Below, in pieces: positions 17,200 through 31,282 of a stretch of 64,000 bases of DNA. Below the pieces are notes generated by a model. It was not told where the DNA came from. It searched no databases and saw nothing but the letters and a program-made list of their open reading frames with translations. A program made the translations under genes and the position numbers. Source of the stretch: the human T2T-CHM13v2.0 reference genome, Homo sapiens; assembly GCF_009914755.1 (NCBI RefSeq), contig NC_060925.1. One strand, given 5' to 3'. The stretch's first letter is position 1. Each line of letters begins with the position of its first letter.

Positions 17200-19950
17200 A
17201 AAGGGTAAAAAATGCAAGTGTGCAACCCATTTATCACAAAGCAAAACCCATGTAATTACCATCCAGGTCAAGGAATGAAAGAAACATTGTCTCACTAACC
17301 CCAGAAACTCCCATCCTGCCCTTCCCAATCACTGTTCTTCTCTCCCACCTCCAGAGTTAACTACAATTTTTACTTTATGTGAATTACTTTTTTGCTTTTC
17401 TTTATAATGTTACCACCTATTAATACATCGGGAACATAATGGTTTAGTTCTGCTTGGTTTGAGGTTTTGGTTTTTGGGTTGTTTGATTTTTTGTTTGTTT
17501 TTTTTACTTTACATAAATGGAATTATGCAGCTGGTATCCTTTTGGGCCCAACATGTTTTACTTAAAATCACATTTGTAAATGTTATAATTGGTTTTCATT
17601 GCTGTATAGTATGCCATTGTATGAACTCAGTACAAACTATCCATTCTATTGCTTGGATCCAATATGAGTAATGCTGCTATGGACATTCTTTCATATGTCT
17701 CTTGATAAACACTGCACTTATTTCTGATGGGTATATATGTAGGAGTGGAACTGCCAGATCATAGGGTATGTGTATTTATAACATTTAAAACATTGGTATC
17801 ACTCCACATTTCTACAAGAGAACTATGATAGTTCCCAGTGCTTTGTCCTCACCACATTTGGTATTCTTTTAGCTCATCTGTTTGTTGTGTAGCGTTACCT
17901 CATAGTTTTCATTTCCATTCCCCTGATTACTAATGAAGTCAAACAATTCAAAGAAACCTGCCGATATTTTTATTGGAATTGAATTTAATCTATGGATTAA
18001 TTTGGAAAGAATGTTACAAAATTGAGCTAATACAGTAACAGTTTATATAGTACTTTTTGGTTTCTCCCAATAATGTTCATAGTTTTCTGTATAGAGGCCT
18101 TGCATATCATTTGTTACATTTATTCCTACATATTTTATATTTAAATGCCATAATAAATGATATTTTAATAAATTTTATTTTCTGTTTGCTTCTGATATAT
18201 AGTAATGTATGGATTTCTAAATTTTACCTCTGTATACAACTGCAGTTCATCTGTAGATTTGTTCCTGTGTACATAATTATGTAATCTGCACATAAGGGCT
18301 TTTTAAAAAAATCTAGTCCCCTTCCAAATCATTATACTTTTTATTTCATTTTATTGTCTTTAGTAAGGCTAGGATCTTCACTAGCTGGTATCTCCACTAC
18401 AGTGTTGACTAAAAGTAGTAATAGTTGGCAATTTCAAAGGGGAAACATTAACATTTTTTGCTATTAAGTACGATGTTGCATGTTGCTAGATTTGGTTTGC
18501 TGATGTATATTTAGGATTTTTTCATCTAGATTCATGAATGAGAAAATCTTGTAATTTTTCTTTTTTATAATGCCCTTATTAGATTTTGGTTTTAATATTT
18601 TGCTAAATTCTTAAAGGAAGTTGAGGAGTGGTTTCTCTTTCTCTAATATCTGAAAGAGTTTGTGTAAAACTAGCATTATTAATTAGAATTCACTAGTGAA
18701 GCCATCTAGGCCAAAGTTTCTTATTTTTGTTTTGTATGTGTATTTTGGAAAGGCTTTTAATTACAAATTCAATTTCTTTAGTAAGACTGTTTCTGAACAG
18801 TCTTCCAGCATCTCTTCTGGTTGGTAATAACTTTCTAGAAAGATGTCTATTTCAGAGGTCTCCAACCCCCCGGCCACAGACCAGTACCAGTCCATGGCCT
18901 GTTAGGAATGGGCGCCGCACAGCAGGAGGTGAGCAGCAGTGGGCTAGCGAACATTACAGCCTGAGCTCGGCCTCCTGTCAGATCAGTGGCAGCATTAGAT
19001 TACCCTCTACATCCTGTCCATGGAAAAATTGTCTTCCAGGAAACTGGTCGCTGGTGCCAAAAAGGTTGGAGATCGCTGGTATATTTCATTCAAATTTCAA
19101 ATTTACTAGAAGAAACAACTTTCTTCTAGTATCCTATCCTATTATTTTTTCATGGTCTCTAGAATATGTAGTGATGTCTCCTTTTTCATTCCTGATCATT
19201 GTTATTCGTCCCTTTTTTCTTAATTGGACTCTCCAGAAATTTATTCATTTTATTAGTCTTTCAAATCACTTATTTTTATTATCATTTAGTTACCTATGGG
19301 TTACTAAAAGTATACCTTTAATTTCCAAAAAATATAGATATTTTATTCTCCTCTAGAACAGAGTTTGGTTTTCTAATCAATCAAAAAACATTATGAATAA
19401 TTTTCATCATTTGAAATTATTATTTGCTTTAATTTAAAAATTCTGTGTACTTGGGAAAATTATATTTTGTAGTTATTAGGTATAATATTCTGCATATGAC
19501 CATTAGGTCAATTTTGCTTATTGTGATATTCAAGTCTTCTACATCCTTATGGTACTTATTTGTCCACCCATTTGGTCAGTTACTGAATTTGGTCAGTTAA
19601 TGAGGGAAGTGTGCTTATGTACCCAGTGATTATGGATGTCTGTGTTTCTCTTTCTAGTTCTGGCCATTTTTGCTTTCTGTATTTTGAGTCCATGTTATTA
19701 AATGCATCCAAATTTGGGATTATTTTAGTTTTTAGTAATTTCAATGTTTTATCATCATTTTGTATACTTCTTCAATCTCTAGTGGTGATTATTGCCTTAA
19801 AGCCAACCCTGACTGATACTAATGTAACTACATCAATTTGTTTGATTATTTTTTACATGATTAATTTTTCCCATGTTTTTCAACTTTTCTATATCTCTGT
19901 GTTTTAGATGTTGGCTTATAAATAGCAGGTAGTTTTGTTTTGTTTATTTA
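17200..19950 (-). mobile_element. Old L1 (L1M/ME) fragments
   Basis: Degenerate antisense L1 3' and ORF2 tracts, e.g. aatgctgctatggacattc and gtgaagccatctaggcc. Confidence 0.65.
18853..19078. mobile_element. MER1-type (hAT-Charlie) MITE, internally deleted
   Basis: Terminal inverted repeats cagaggtctccaacc / ggttggagatcgctg and an 8-bp hAT-type TSD gtctattt / gtatattt. Confidence 0.88.
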
Positions 19951-20333
19951 AAGGCACAGTTAGGACATTTGATGTATTGAGTCTAAATCTTTGTCAGTCT
20001 TTTAAGGTTGATAATCTTTAAACAATAATTTCTCATATTCAAAAAACAGTTTATTAGCATCTATAAGTTTAAGCAACATTGCTCTTATTTCCTTATAAAT
20101 ATGCAGGGATTTATGAAATCTTCTCATTTCCTATTACTTCTTTGGCTTTTACATAATGAAAAGAAATCCAGGGGCTAAAATATGCTAAGGACAATAATTC
20201 TAATCTGGTGTTTGGTTTGCAACTCATCTTTATTGTGATTTACCTACCTAATCCAAATAAACATGGCATAACAATATATCTCTTAATATATCTCTCTTGC
20301 AAAATACTATAAAAATGTTATTATTGATTACAG

Positions 20334-20523
20334 GGCTGTGACTCCCAAATGAGCGTGTCAGAAATGTCGTGTAGTGAAAGTACATCCTCATGTCAGTCTC
20401 TTGAACATGGCTCAGTTCCAGAAATTCTTATTGGCCTGCTTTATAATGCCACAACTGGAAGACTATCAGCAGAAGTGATAAAAGGCAGCCACTTCAAAAA
20501 TTTGGCAGCAAACAGACCACCCA
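20334..20523 (+). CDS. SYT14: SYT14 internal coding exon (linker and start of C2B domain)
   Basis: Acceptor ttacag|GGC and donor CCCA|gtgagt. The 190 nt translate [63 protein letters not shown], matching C2 strands beta1-beta2. It ends in phase 1, compatible with the exons at 24038 and 25346. Confidence 0.95.
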
Positions 20524-21294
20524 GTGAGTGAAAAATAATTTTTTTAATTCTAATGTTTTCTGCACTTTTGGGACTCTCAGTATTAGGGAGTTCAATCCTA
20601 TCATTTAGTCTTAACCAATCAAAATGAAATGGTGTAATCATCAGCTAATCTGTTTCATGTTTTCTATTTCCAGTCATTTGGGAAGTAGAAAAATTTGAAA
20701 TTCAAAGTATTCATAGTAAGGTGACAACTTTTAATTTTTCATAGTATCTGCAAAATAAATTATCTCTATCATAGCCATTATCTTTTAATGCCAGAAAAGG
20801 TTACAGGGCCTTTAAAAGTGAGTAATGTTCACAAATATGAACAGGAATGTATATAGCTATTGTTGTTAACTGAAGAGTAATGTGTTTTGTATCTGCATGC
20901 AGTACTATGAACTATTTTATTTACTTCTATATTTTCCTTCTTTCTCCCTTAACGATTTAAGAAGAAACTATTACTTCACTTTTTTTTTTCTTCTTTAAAA
21001 TTATAAGCCAGTACTGCCAGCAGAGACTTTTCTTAGATGGAATGGGCTTTGCTCTTACCAGGACAAACAGAATAAGGAACAGTTTGCTGTTTACCCTGGA
21101 TGCTAAGAAGGGAAAGCTAGATAGCATACCTCTGCCCTGACTATATGCGTGTTATGTCTGTTACTCTTCTCTCTCTGGATCTCTCTCCCAGTTCAACAAG
21201 GCCAGGGTAGGTTATGGGAGGATATTGAAATTGTCACCCAATATACCTCTAAAATGTTGGTACCTAAAAGAGGTAAACTGGGAAAGTGGCAGCT

Positions 21295-21296
<2 letters not shown>

Positions 21297-21329
<33 letters not shown>

Positions 21330-21610
21330 GAGACAGTTTTGTTCTTATCGCCTAGGCTGGAGTGCAATAGCATGATCTCGGCTCACTGAAACCTCCGCCT
21401 CCAGGTTCAAGTGATCCTCCTGCCTCAGCCTCCTGAGTAGCTGGGACTACAGGCACCCACCACCACACCTAGCTATTATTTTGTATTTTTAGTAGAGGTG
21501 GGTTTTCACCATGTTGATCAAGCTGGTCGCAAGCTCCTGACCTCAGGTGATCCATCCACTTCGGCCTCCCAAAGTGCTGGGATTACAGGCGTGAGCCACT
21601 GCGCCTGGCC
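21297..21610 (-). mobile_element. Alu (S family)
   Basis: Antisense Alu with long poly-T; TSD cagcttctttt. Confidence 0.95.
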
Positions 21611-21775
21611 CAGCTTCTTTATACTTACCTAAAATTAAAGCTGTTAATGCCGTAAACTAAAAATTTGAAACGAAATCTGAAATAATAATGCCACTTTAAA
21701 TTTTCTTAAAGAATTCTCACAGACTTACTTAATGCCATGTTTTATTCCAAGAAGCAAGTAATTATTATAGGAGGG

Positions 21776-22412
<637 letters not shown>

Positions 22413-24037
22413 AGGAGGGGTAACTTTTTTATCCTTGAATTTAACTCTTTCTAGTTGTCGTAAAAATTATTTATTCAATGGAAGTAAAAAGTTACTATAA
22501 TATATTGGGTTTGCCCCAAATAACATTGGAAAGCTTGCTTCTTACATGTATCACAGAAGGTGTCTATCCCTGACTTAAAAGTCTGAAGGCTTAAATTCAT
22601 ATTTCTACCCTTGGACAGTTGACCTCACTCCCCTAAGTCTGTTTCTTTGTAGGTAAAATTAAGGTCATGTCTCTCACAGGGCAAGTGTGAGACTCAAATC
22701 AGATAAAGGTGCATAAAAGAAGGATGGAATTATTATTGTTCCCTTTCTCATTTCAGAAGGAGAAATTGAGTGGGAGAAAAGAAGCAATTTCTAGAATAAA
22801 CAGATTTGGTAGTGTGACTTGATCATCTTCATTAGTATAGACTTAGAATGCAAACTCAAAAGGCCTGGGGGATAACTGAAATGAGTAAAACTCATAGGTG
22901 AAAGTTGGGGAGATGGTGAGGCCTGTGACAAACATAAGAGTGCACACCCTGCCAGAAGACTTTCAGATTCACAGATTGTTAGCACTGTGTTGGATAAATA
23001 GAACATTGTTTAGGGTCACATTGAGCCCCCAGTTATCAGTTTGCCACTCATGCTTTAGCTAATAATTTACTACATTTTTTTGACAAATATTTAGCTGGAG
23101 ATGCTAAAAAATAGAATGAAATGATATGTTTGCCTTTCTATCCTTACTGTAGTCACTCTGATAGAAACAGAGCAACAAGGATCACAACTAAAAGGGAGGT
23201 CTGGCCAAGCGCAGGGTTGGATAATAAACAGATGACAAAAGATTCACATCCGCAACACAGAGTCGATGTTTCAGGTTACAGAATAGGTATAGCAATTGCC
23301 ATTATTTTACCATTAGATAGATCTTCAGTATAAGGATAATTCATGGTGTTAGGTGGGAGGTAACTAGAAAGTAAGTATAAATCAATTTAATTTTATGAAA
23401 GTGAAATATTTATAAAGTAAAAGGTAAAACAGTTTTATCAGTTTGTCCTAAATAGTATATATTATATAAGATTATAGCCCCTCATATATACCTAGGTTCT
23501 AAGCTTTGAACTATGTTATAGACTGAATAATCCCCATTTTTCCAAAGAAAGAGCAATATTCAAGAGCAAAAAGTTCAATAGTCCTATTTTGTTTTGCATA
23601 ATTAATTTGTATATATTGGGAATAATAAAAGTATTTGAAATATTAAATTGATACATTTTAAATTTAGCAATAATAGTAAGCATAATAATAATTCTGATGA
23701 TCTTTATAATTATTCAGTCTTTTATAGTCTGATAATATGCATGATTCTATGTTCAATGTGCTTTAGACCAAGAAGATATCATTAAAAAGATGTCCCCCTT
23801 TAAAAAAATGTAATTTTTGTTTAAGATTACACAATAACCTTAAAAATTCTCATCCCATTAAATTTACCCAACATCCTTTTTGTTCAATCCTCTATCTGAA
23901 TTAAAATGCTAAAGTTTTGTGTTCTTCCACTCCAGTGAACAGTGTTTCCTCTTTAATTCTAACCTTTGACCCTCTTTCACCCAACGATTGACATCTGGTC
24001 ATTATTTCTTTTACTGCTTTCCACCCCCTGTTGTCAG

Positions 24038-24094
24038 ATGGACTGTTCTGTTGTCTAAAACACTTGATAGGTGGACAGGTTTATATAATCCGAG
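24038..24094 (+). CDS. SYT14: SYT14 57-nt alternatively spliced cassette exon (19 aa: (N)GLFCCLKHLIGGQVYIIR(D))
   Basis: Pyrimidine tract plus ttgtcag|ATG acceptor and a strong CGAG|gtgagt donor. Length is a multiple of 3, phase 1/1, with no stop in the SYT14 frame. Agrees with my recollection of a longer SYT14 isoform. Confidence 0.85.
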
Positions 24095-25345
24095 GTGAGT
24101 TCCTGTAGAGGCTAATTGGATGTTGTCTTTTCATGCAAAACCAAAATACCCTAAAACTTGCCAGCAGTGAAGCTGTCCACCATGTTGGTTTCCAAAACAA
24201 TGCACATTTATTATCTGTGGTACTTTAAATAAAACTAACTTAGAATTTATCTCTGATTATGGATGATGGTATTCAGAGCATATATGAAATAAGCAAAACT
24301 TTTTAAAATAAAAATTTTTATTTTTTCATTCATTTGTACTTTGATTCATACAACAGAAATAGATATTTCCTGATAAATATTGCAATTTTCTTTAAAATTA
24401 ATTGAAATTTTGATATGAAGTACACATGATGGATCAACATGCTGAAGATCATTTGCATGAGTCTAAAAAACTTGAAAACAGTCTTATAAAGAAAGGATTT
24501 GTCTCCCAAATAATCAGGCAATGAACTGTTATGTTTCACTTCGTACACTAAACATCACATCAATTTTTTTGTAATTCATAAAAATAGTTCAGATATCATT
24601 CTTAAAATTTTACATTAAATTTGTGCCAAAAAACAATCCTATAGTATTTTAACTATCCTGAAAGCACATTAAATGTACTCTTGCATGAAACCAGGAGAAA
24701 GTTTTACTTGGTTTGCTAAACTTTGAACCTTTAATGCATTTGGCTTCATTTTTGCCCTTAAATGTTTTTAAAGTATATTTAAAAACCACATCCATGCAGA
24801 GATTTTTTTTGACATTTCATCCTAAGCTGTTTTGATGTCATCTTTGCATTCTTGTCTTCCTCTTTTCTCTTCACCATTTGCCTTCATTTCTATTTGTTTG
24901 TTTATTCTTATTCTCTGAAAACAGTGGAATGCTTTACAGTGTTGTGGCTAATTGAGCTTGCTAAGTGTTTATTAATGCTATGATGTCCTGCTTAGTGAAG
25001 CTAAATGGGAATGGGAACGGGCAGGGGAGGGTAGTGGGAGGTCAAGGATGGGGTGGGAGGGTGAAGGAAGGATTATGAGGTATACCTTTAAATTCTAACT
25101 ATTACATAGAAATAGTAAGGTTAAGATATTATTACTACCAAAATATTTTTGGCCTATTTAGGATTCTCTGTATTTGTCACATATTATAAGCATCTACATC
25201 AAAATGGAATTGGTCGAATGTCCATTAAACATGGTATACACCATATCCTTATAAAGTATAAATACTTAATTTTCTTAGCCTATAAAAAATTGTTTTGAGT
25301 TTGTTTCAAATGATATTTGTGATACGTTGTCTTTTTCTTCTTTAG

Positions 25346-25659
25346 ATACATATGTTAAGTTAACTCTACTGAATTCCATGGGTCAAGAGATGTCCAAATG
25401 CAAGACATCCATCCGCAGAGGGCAGCCAAATCCAGTATATAAGGAAACTTTTGTCTTTCAAGTGGCCCTATTTCAGCTTTCTGATGTGACACTCATACTG
25501 TCTGTGTATAACAAACGCAGCATGAAAAGAAAAGAGATGATAGGCTGGATTTCTTTAGGTCTCAACAGCTCTGGAGAAGAAGAACTCAATCACTGGACTG
25601 AAATGAAAGAGTCAAAAGGACAGCAAGTATGTAGATGGCATGCGTTGCTAGAGTCATGA
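25346..25659 (+). CDS. SYT14: SYT14 last coding exon (rest of C2B domain, to stop)
   Basis: Acceptor ctttttcttctttag|AT. Translates [39 protein letters not shown]...[10 protein letters not shown], with synaptotagmin C2B hallmarks (YVK, NPVYxETFxF, C-terminal WHxL). Stop TGA at 25657-25659 is followed by a second TGA. Confidence 0.97.
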
Positions 25660-28600
25660 TGAATAGAATAAGCAAGCAGTTACCATCAAAGGCAGCATAT
25701 TTCCAATTCCAACATTACTGTTTCTACCAAGTCCCATTAGAAGAGCTGTTCTTTGAAGAATCATATTCAACCTTCTACCAAAATGCTTTAAGTTCTATGG
25801 AAAGAACGTCTCATACTGACATAAATGAAGAAAATATGTGTATCTAGTAGAGCTTGTTTAGGAAACTGAGAAACGTACACTATCATTGCTAAACTAACAG
25901 TCCTCCAGAAATTTAATAAGATGTTTTTGATTTGAAGTTAATTTTAATTTAGCAAAAGAGCCAGTCATTTTATGAAAAATCAAAATTATAAGTGATTTTA
26001 AAAACCAGAATTTTAGTTGCAATACAATTTTAATATCACCCTACATATTATTTATAAAACATAGTTTGACTGGCCAGTCCCTGGTGTTTGTAATGTTCTT
26101 TAATATGAAAAAGTAGTTCTCCAACTCTATCATAAGTCATATCTAATGGTGAAGGGTTTCAGTCACATTGAAAATTGTTTTATTTCAGGCATGTTCCCTT
26201 TGTGCACTTAGGTTCATTGTGCCTCAGTTCCTCTCAAAAGCACTAAATCTAAGTGCAAACAAGTATTCATTTTCATACAGGAATTTTTTTAATATGTTAT
26301 TTTTTTAAAAGTTCATTTTTCATTTGCCTCCGCTTTCGCCTGATCCAAAGAGACCAAGTCACTGTACTGGTCCCTTGCAAGTCTTCTAGACAGGTTGTAC
26401 TGTAGAACTACGTAACTTTCTGTTGAAAGCACTTCCTGTATTCTTGTATTCCAATGTAGGAAGCTAATAGAGCAGGACTTTACTTTCAAATTTCTTTCAG
26501 TGATTGACTCTTCAAAATTGCAGTAGTGTGAAAATACATTTTTTACAAACTGAAAATACAGTAGATAAGCTGTCGAAAATGGAAAACAATTCAATTTTAA
26601 TTTTCTGCTCTGAGTATTTAGTAACCAACACTGCGTAAAGCAGGTAGCATTCAAAATAAGAAACTGTTCTCTCTCTAAATCTTCACTCTTACTTCAATTT
26701 ATATTTGTGATATGAAGACTATCCAGTTCTCAGTTTGAATTGGAACATCATGTTAAAAACAGTTATGAGATTCCTTATGAAGTTTCTAGTAACTTGTAAC
26801 TAGACTTTATGAAATTAACAGATAAAGTTCTTCAACGTGATGTCATCTTGTGCCTTTCATGTAAGTTAAATTTGCTCATACAGCTTGAACGTTGTATTTG
26901 CAAAATTAAGCCTTCGATTTTTATAAATGTAAAGATTCCTCAGAACAGTGTCGCAAGATCTTTATTTCCTCTGAAGTATGTAAAAGTTGTATAATGTGCT
27001 AACTTTTTAATGGCAAGGCACTTTCATTTGTTTTTATATTTAGGAACTCTAATCAGGAATATTATAAGCTGTTTTCTTTTTAATTTTGCTTCTTACCTAA
27101 TATATCATTTTATGCATATACTTTATCAGAGTATGTTTTATATATATTAAAAATAGTTTCTTTTTTCTCCTTCTCATTTCTAGTTAAAATAGACAAAAAC
27201 ATACTATTTACCAGTTACTAAAAAGCAGTATATCATTGCTTCTAGTCCCAACTAAGTACTATATATTATTGTAAACTAGAACTTGTTATTACCATAATAA
27301 CAAAACAATGCGTAGATATTACTTCAGCTTGGCTGTACTGAAAGGCCTTAAAAGAAACCCAAAAAGACCGTGAACTTCTGTATTTTTTTAGTTTAAAAAA
27401 TGGCAGCTCTATGCATTCATACACATGAATTATAAGAAAAAATACAAATGCTATATTGGATGACATGAGGTTTGAGAATGTGTGTTACAGGGCTGCATTA
27501 AAGGGAAAAATCCATCTTTTATTGTTACATCAATGAGCTTTTTCCAGGATTTTTCAAATAAACAAGTAAGAGTTAGAACCTGAATCAAATGGCAAAATAT
27601 CTCATTTAAGTGTTTTCAGCAACAGTATGAAAAAAGACTTGAAGAGGGGATGTAGATTTTACTGAGAAATTGGACTTAGGCATTTGAAGCTATAATGAAC
27701 TTTTTAGACTTTGAAACAACTGACTGCATTGCTAACAACTGTTATCTTCCTAATAAAAAGAGTTATCAGTCTTATCTGTAACTGTAACAGAGCTTAGTGA
27801 AACACATTAGTAAGACCAGCTTGGTGCTTTCACTCTTAGTGAGAAAAAGACCTAACTAATTGTTATTTGTTAAATCTACCTTTTTTCAGACTATTCCCAG
27901 AATTGTGTGTGTGATTTGATACATCCCTAGGGATTTATCTGGCATAAGTATCAAATCCTTCATGGCTTAAAAATTAATAAACAGTTTTTTAATATTTCTG
28001 GAAAGACCCTACCTCCACCCCAGCTGCCAAGTCCTCAAAGATTATAAATTATCTATATGAGTGTATGTATCTGTATACACACATGCACCATTACACATAC
28101 AACATAAATATGTATATGTATATTCATTTGTAAAGGCAAAGGTGCCCTGGCTTTTTCAGATAACTGAATAGAAAAACATTTCATACATTTAGGATTATTT
28201 TTCTCCTCTATGTATTTACTAGATATTATATTTGGTTTGGGTTGCTTTCTGCTGCTGTTCTCCTTCACACACAGCAAAATATACATTTGTTTCTGTAGAT
28301 TGACACAACTTATAGTAATTACTCCCAAAAAGTTGTCTGTTCTTTTAGAAAAGGATTAAATAAGGCTCAGGGGACCCACTTCACTCTACTGAATCTAATG
28401 TACGAGACAGTACTACTGCTTCTTTGTGTGCTTGAATTTGCATGAAAGCTTAATAGCAAAATCTTCTATCTCAGTAATTATAGCAAATAGGGACCTACTG
28501 GTAGGGAGCAGGTGTTGGCTCAGAAACCTGAAAAAGACAACCCACTTTCATACAGTTCTATTAAAATCCCCTAAGTTTTCTAATAAAATGATATAGTCCA

Positions 28601-28905
28601 AATATGGCAATCGACTGGCATTTATGGGAGCCTCTAAACCTGGAATTATGGGGTTTATTTTTCTCCCAAATGAGCTGCAAAAGATAATTATTGCTGCCCA
28701 GTAAACAAAATGTATGTCAAATCAGTAAAGAATTTGTTTAGCATAATATTGCCTTATCTTTCAGAAGCTTTCTTCTATATTCTTGTGTCTTCAGTACAAT
28801 CCACTTTTGTTTGAAATCCATTTGCATATTATCTTACTGTGCATTTAGTGAATTCTCAATAATGTTGTATTTGCTGACAAGAATAATAAATTGGACCACA
28901 ATTAA
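25660..28905 (+). other. SYT14: SYT14 3' UTR (proximal form; may extend to ~35.3-36.1 kb)
   Basis: Follows the stop codon, AU-rich and free of recognisable interspersed repeats. AATAAA at 28885-28890. The true end cannot be fixed from sequence alone. Confidence 0.65.
28885..28890 (+). terminator. Candidate polyadenylation signal AATAAA (proximal)
   Basis: AATAAA with upstream TGTA, followed by CA and an A-run at ~28904. Internal priming is a caveat. Confidence 0.5.
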
Positions 28906-29649
28906 AAAAAAAGAAAACCCAATGAGAAAATAACTACCTGATTAATATACACATGTTTAAATGTAGGACCTGGTAAAGCAGTTTCATCCAACCTAGCGAA
29001 AATGCCCAGGGCTGTTTGTTAAATCATTTGCTTGATACCATCATCATTTTCATTTCACTTATCAAGTGAATCAGAAGCATAATCAATAACTGCAAAGTAA
29101 GATAGTACCAATAGGAGAAAGAGGTAAAAGAATTGAGAGTGTTTGTCAATATGAAGATGTGTGGGGATACTGAATGATATCATAGTCTTTCCAGTGAAAG
29201 AAAAAATAGGCTATGGGAAGATGTAAATTTTTGATGGAGTAAGAACAGTGGTCACCACCAAGTATTTTTCAAGATCCCTCTCCAGCTATGAATAGAAAGG
29301 ACACAAATTCATTTGCGTAAAATTGCCATTTGCCTACATAGACTAGACAATTCACAGATTTTTCACAAAGACAGTTATTATATATATAGTTATTTGAGTT
29401 ATCACTATATTATTTCACATTGATAGTTTTTATTTCTAATTTTGTTTCCATTCACTGTCCTCAGTTCATCTGTGGCCTACATTGAAGGTAGCTGTCAGTA
29501 TTATTATTGTCAACCATATTTAATATTGAATACAAGTTTAAGCATGCTGCAAAGCATTTTCTAACGTTAATTTTAAAACATTGTCTCTGCCCTCCAAAGT
29601 GATGGTTAACAGCTATAATTTACTAAGATCTAGCACAATAATTTATTAC

Positions 29650-29825
29650 TTGCTTGATTCTCAAAACAGTACTGTGAGGTAAGTAATGTTATCAACATTT
29701 TATTGATAAAGAAACTGCAGCATGAAGAGGTTAAGCAGACTTTCCCAAGGTCATTCGGTAAGTAAGTAGTAGAACTGGGATTGGAACCCAGGTGTAAATT
29801 ACTCTAAAACCCATGCTATGCATGT
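29650..29825 (+). mobile_element. MIR
   Basis: ctgtgaggtaagta...aagaaactg...gaggttaag...cccaaggtca...gggattggaacccagg. Confidence 0.75.
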
Positions 29826-30900
29826 TGCATTTGCCTCCCTGTTTGAAAAAAAAACTACTTAGGACATTATATTTATCAATAATCCCACTCACCTTGATTG
29901 AATGGCAGAACTAAGGGGGAAAAAACAGCTGGGGAAAGAGAAAAGACTAGAAAAGAAGATCAGAAATTTTTTTTCTTCTCAGGACACAAGTGGTGGTACT
30001 TTTGTGTCATTTTGTAGATGACTTTGATTTGCAAAGATTTGGAATTGATTTATTCTACCAGTTTAGCCTATACTTATATTCCAAAAGCATATTAATCAGT
30101 TCTGCTCCTTGACCACTTTTAGGAATCCAAGGTGTTTTAATTGTTACATGACCCCCTTACTACTCTATGAAGGGCATAACCTGTGTCTAGCCCATATCTC
30201 ACTCATATCAGTGGTGAGACAAAAGATTTGTCTTCCTCTGTCCTCTCATTGCAATTTATTTATGTTTTATTCTCAATTTTATTAAGATTTGTCAGGAATT
30301 ACAGCTAGTTTATTACATATGTCTCTCTTCCCCCTAGGTAAGTAGTCAATGCCTTGTTAGTATCTTTCTGTACCCCTTTGCTTATAGTAGGCAGACAGTA
30401 AATATTGAATTGAACTAAATTCCCTGTGGAAGAAGCCAGTCACACTATTACATGAGTCTTAGTTTTTATGAATCTTGTGTTATGTATGGATTTATTTATT
30501 CCTTCAGTTAATATATATTTAAGAGTACTAGATATGTGCCATGTGTTGTTGTTCCAAGTGCTACAGATGCAGAGATAATAAATTGGTCGAAGTCTTTGCC
30601 CTCATGGGGCCTACATTCTAAGGTAGGAAGATGGCCACAGAATGGGATAATTTCAGTCTAGTATAATGAAGCATTAAGATAGGGGCATGCATAGAGTACC
30701 GTGGGATTTAGTAGAAGAGTGCAACATGGAATTCAAAAAAATCTTCCTGGAAAAGATAATCCCTGAGTTGGGTCTTAAAGAACAAATACATGTTAGACTC
30801 CCATCAAACTTGAGGACACACGTTCTTTCCAAGAACAAAATGTAAAATAATGGTTTCTAAACTGTAGTATCCTTAAGAATTATTTTGAAAATTTAACTTG

Positions 30901-31282
30901 GGCCAGGCGTGGTGGCTTACGCCTGTAATCCCAACACTTTGGGAGGCTGAGGTAGGCAGATTACTTGAGCTCAGGAGTTTAAGACCAGCCTGGGCAACAT
31001 AGCAAAACCCCATCTCTACCAAAAATTTAAAAATTAGCTGAGCACGGTGGTGCATGCCTGTGGTCCCAGCTACTCAGGAGGCTTAGGTGGGAGAATCGCT
31101 GGAGCCTGGCAAGTCAAGGCTGCAGTGAGCCAAGATAGCGCCACTGCACTTCAGCCTGGGTGACACAGCAAGACCTTGTAGAAAGGGAGGAAGAAAGGAG
31201 GGAGAGAGAGAGGAAGGGAGGAGGAGAAGGGAAGGAAGGAGGAGACGGGAAAGAATGAAGGAGAAGGGAAAGAAGGGAGGGA
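30901..31282 (+). mobile_element. AluJ with GA-rich tail
   Basis: Alu dimer at 30901-31178, then a purine low-complexity tract; flanks gaaaatttaacttg / gaaatttaacttg form the TSD. Confidence 0.92.

Noticed and set aside
18727-19356. 209-aa ORF
   Set aside because: It starts at TTG and spans antisense L1 plus a MER1 MITE, with no domain motif; a chance ORF.
20524-20531. ORF ending ...PPSE*
   Set aside because: Read-through into the intron past the gtgagt donor.
25327-25345. N-terminal MSFSSLD of the 110-aa ORF
   Set aside because: This is the intronic pyrimidine tract; the exon starts after the AG, at 25346.
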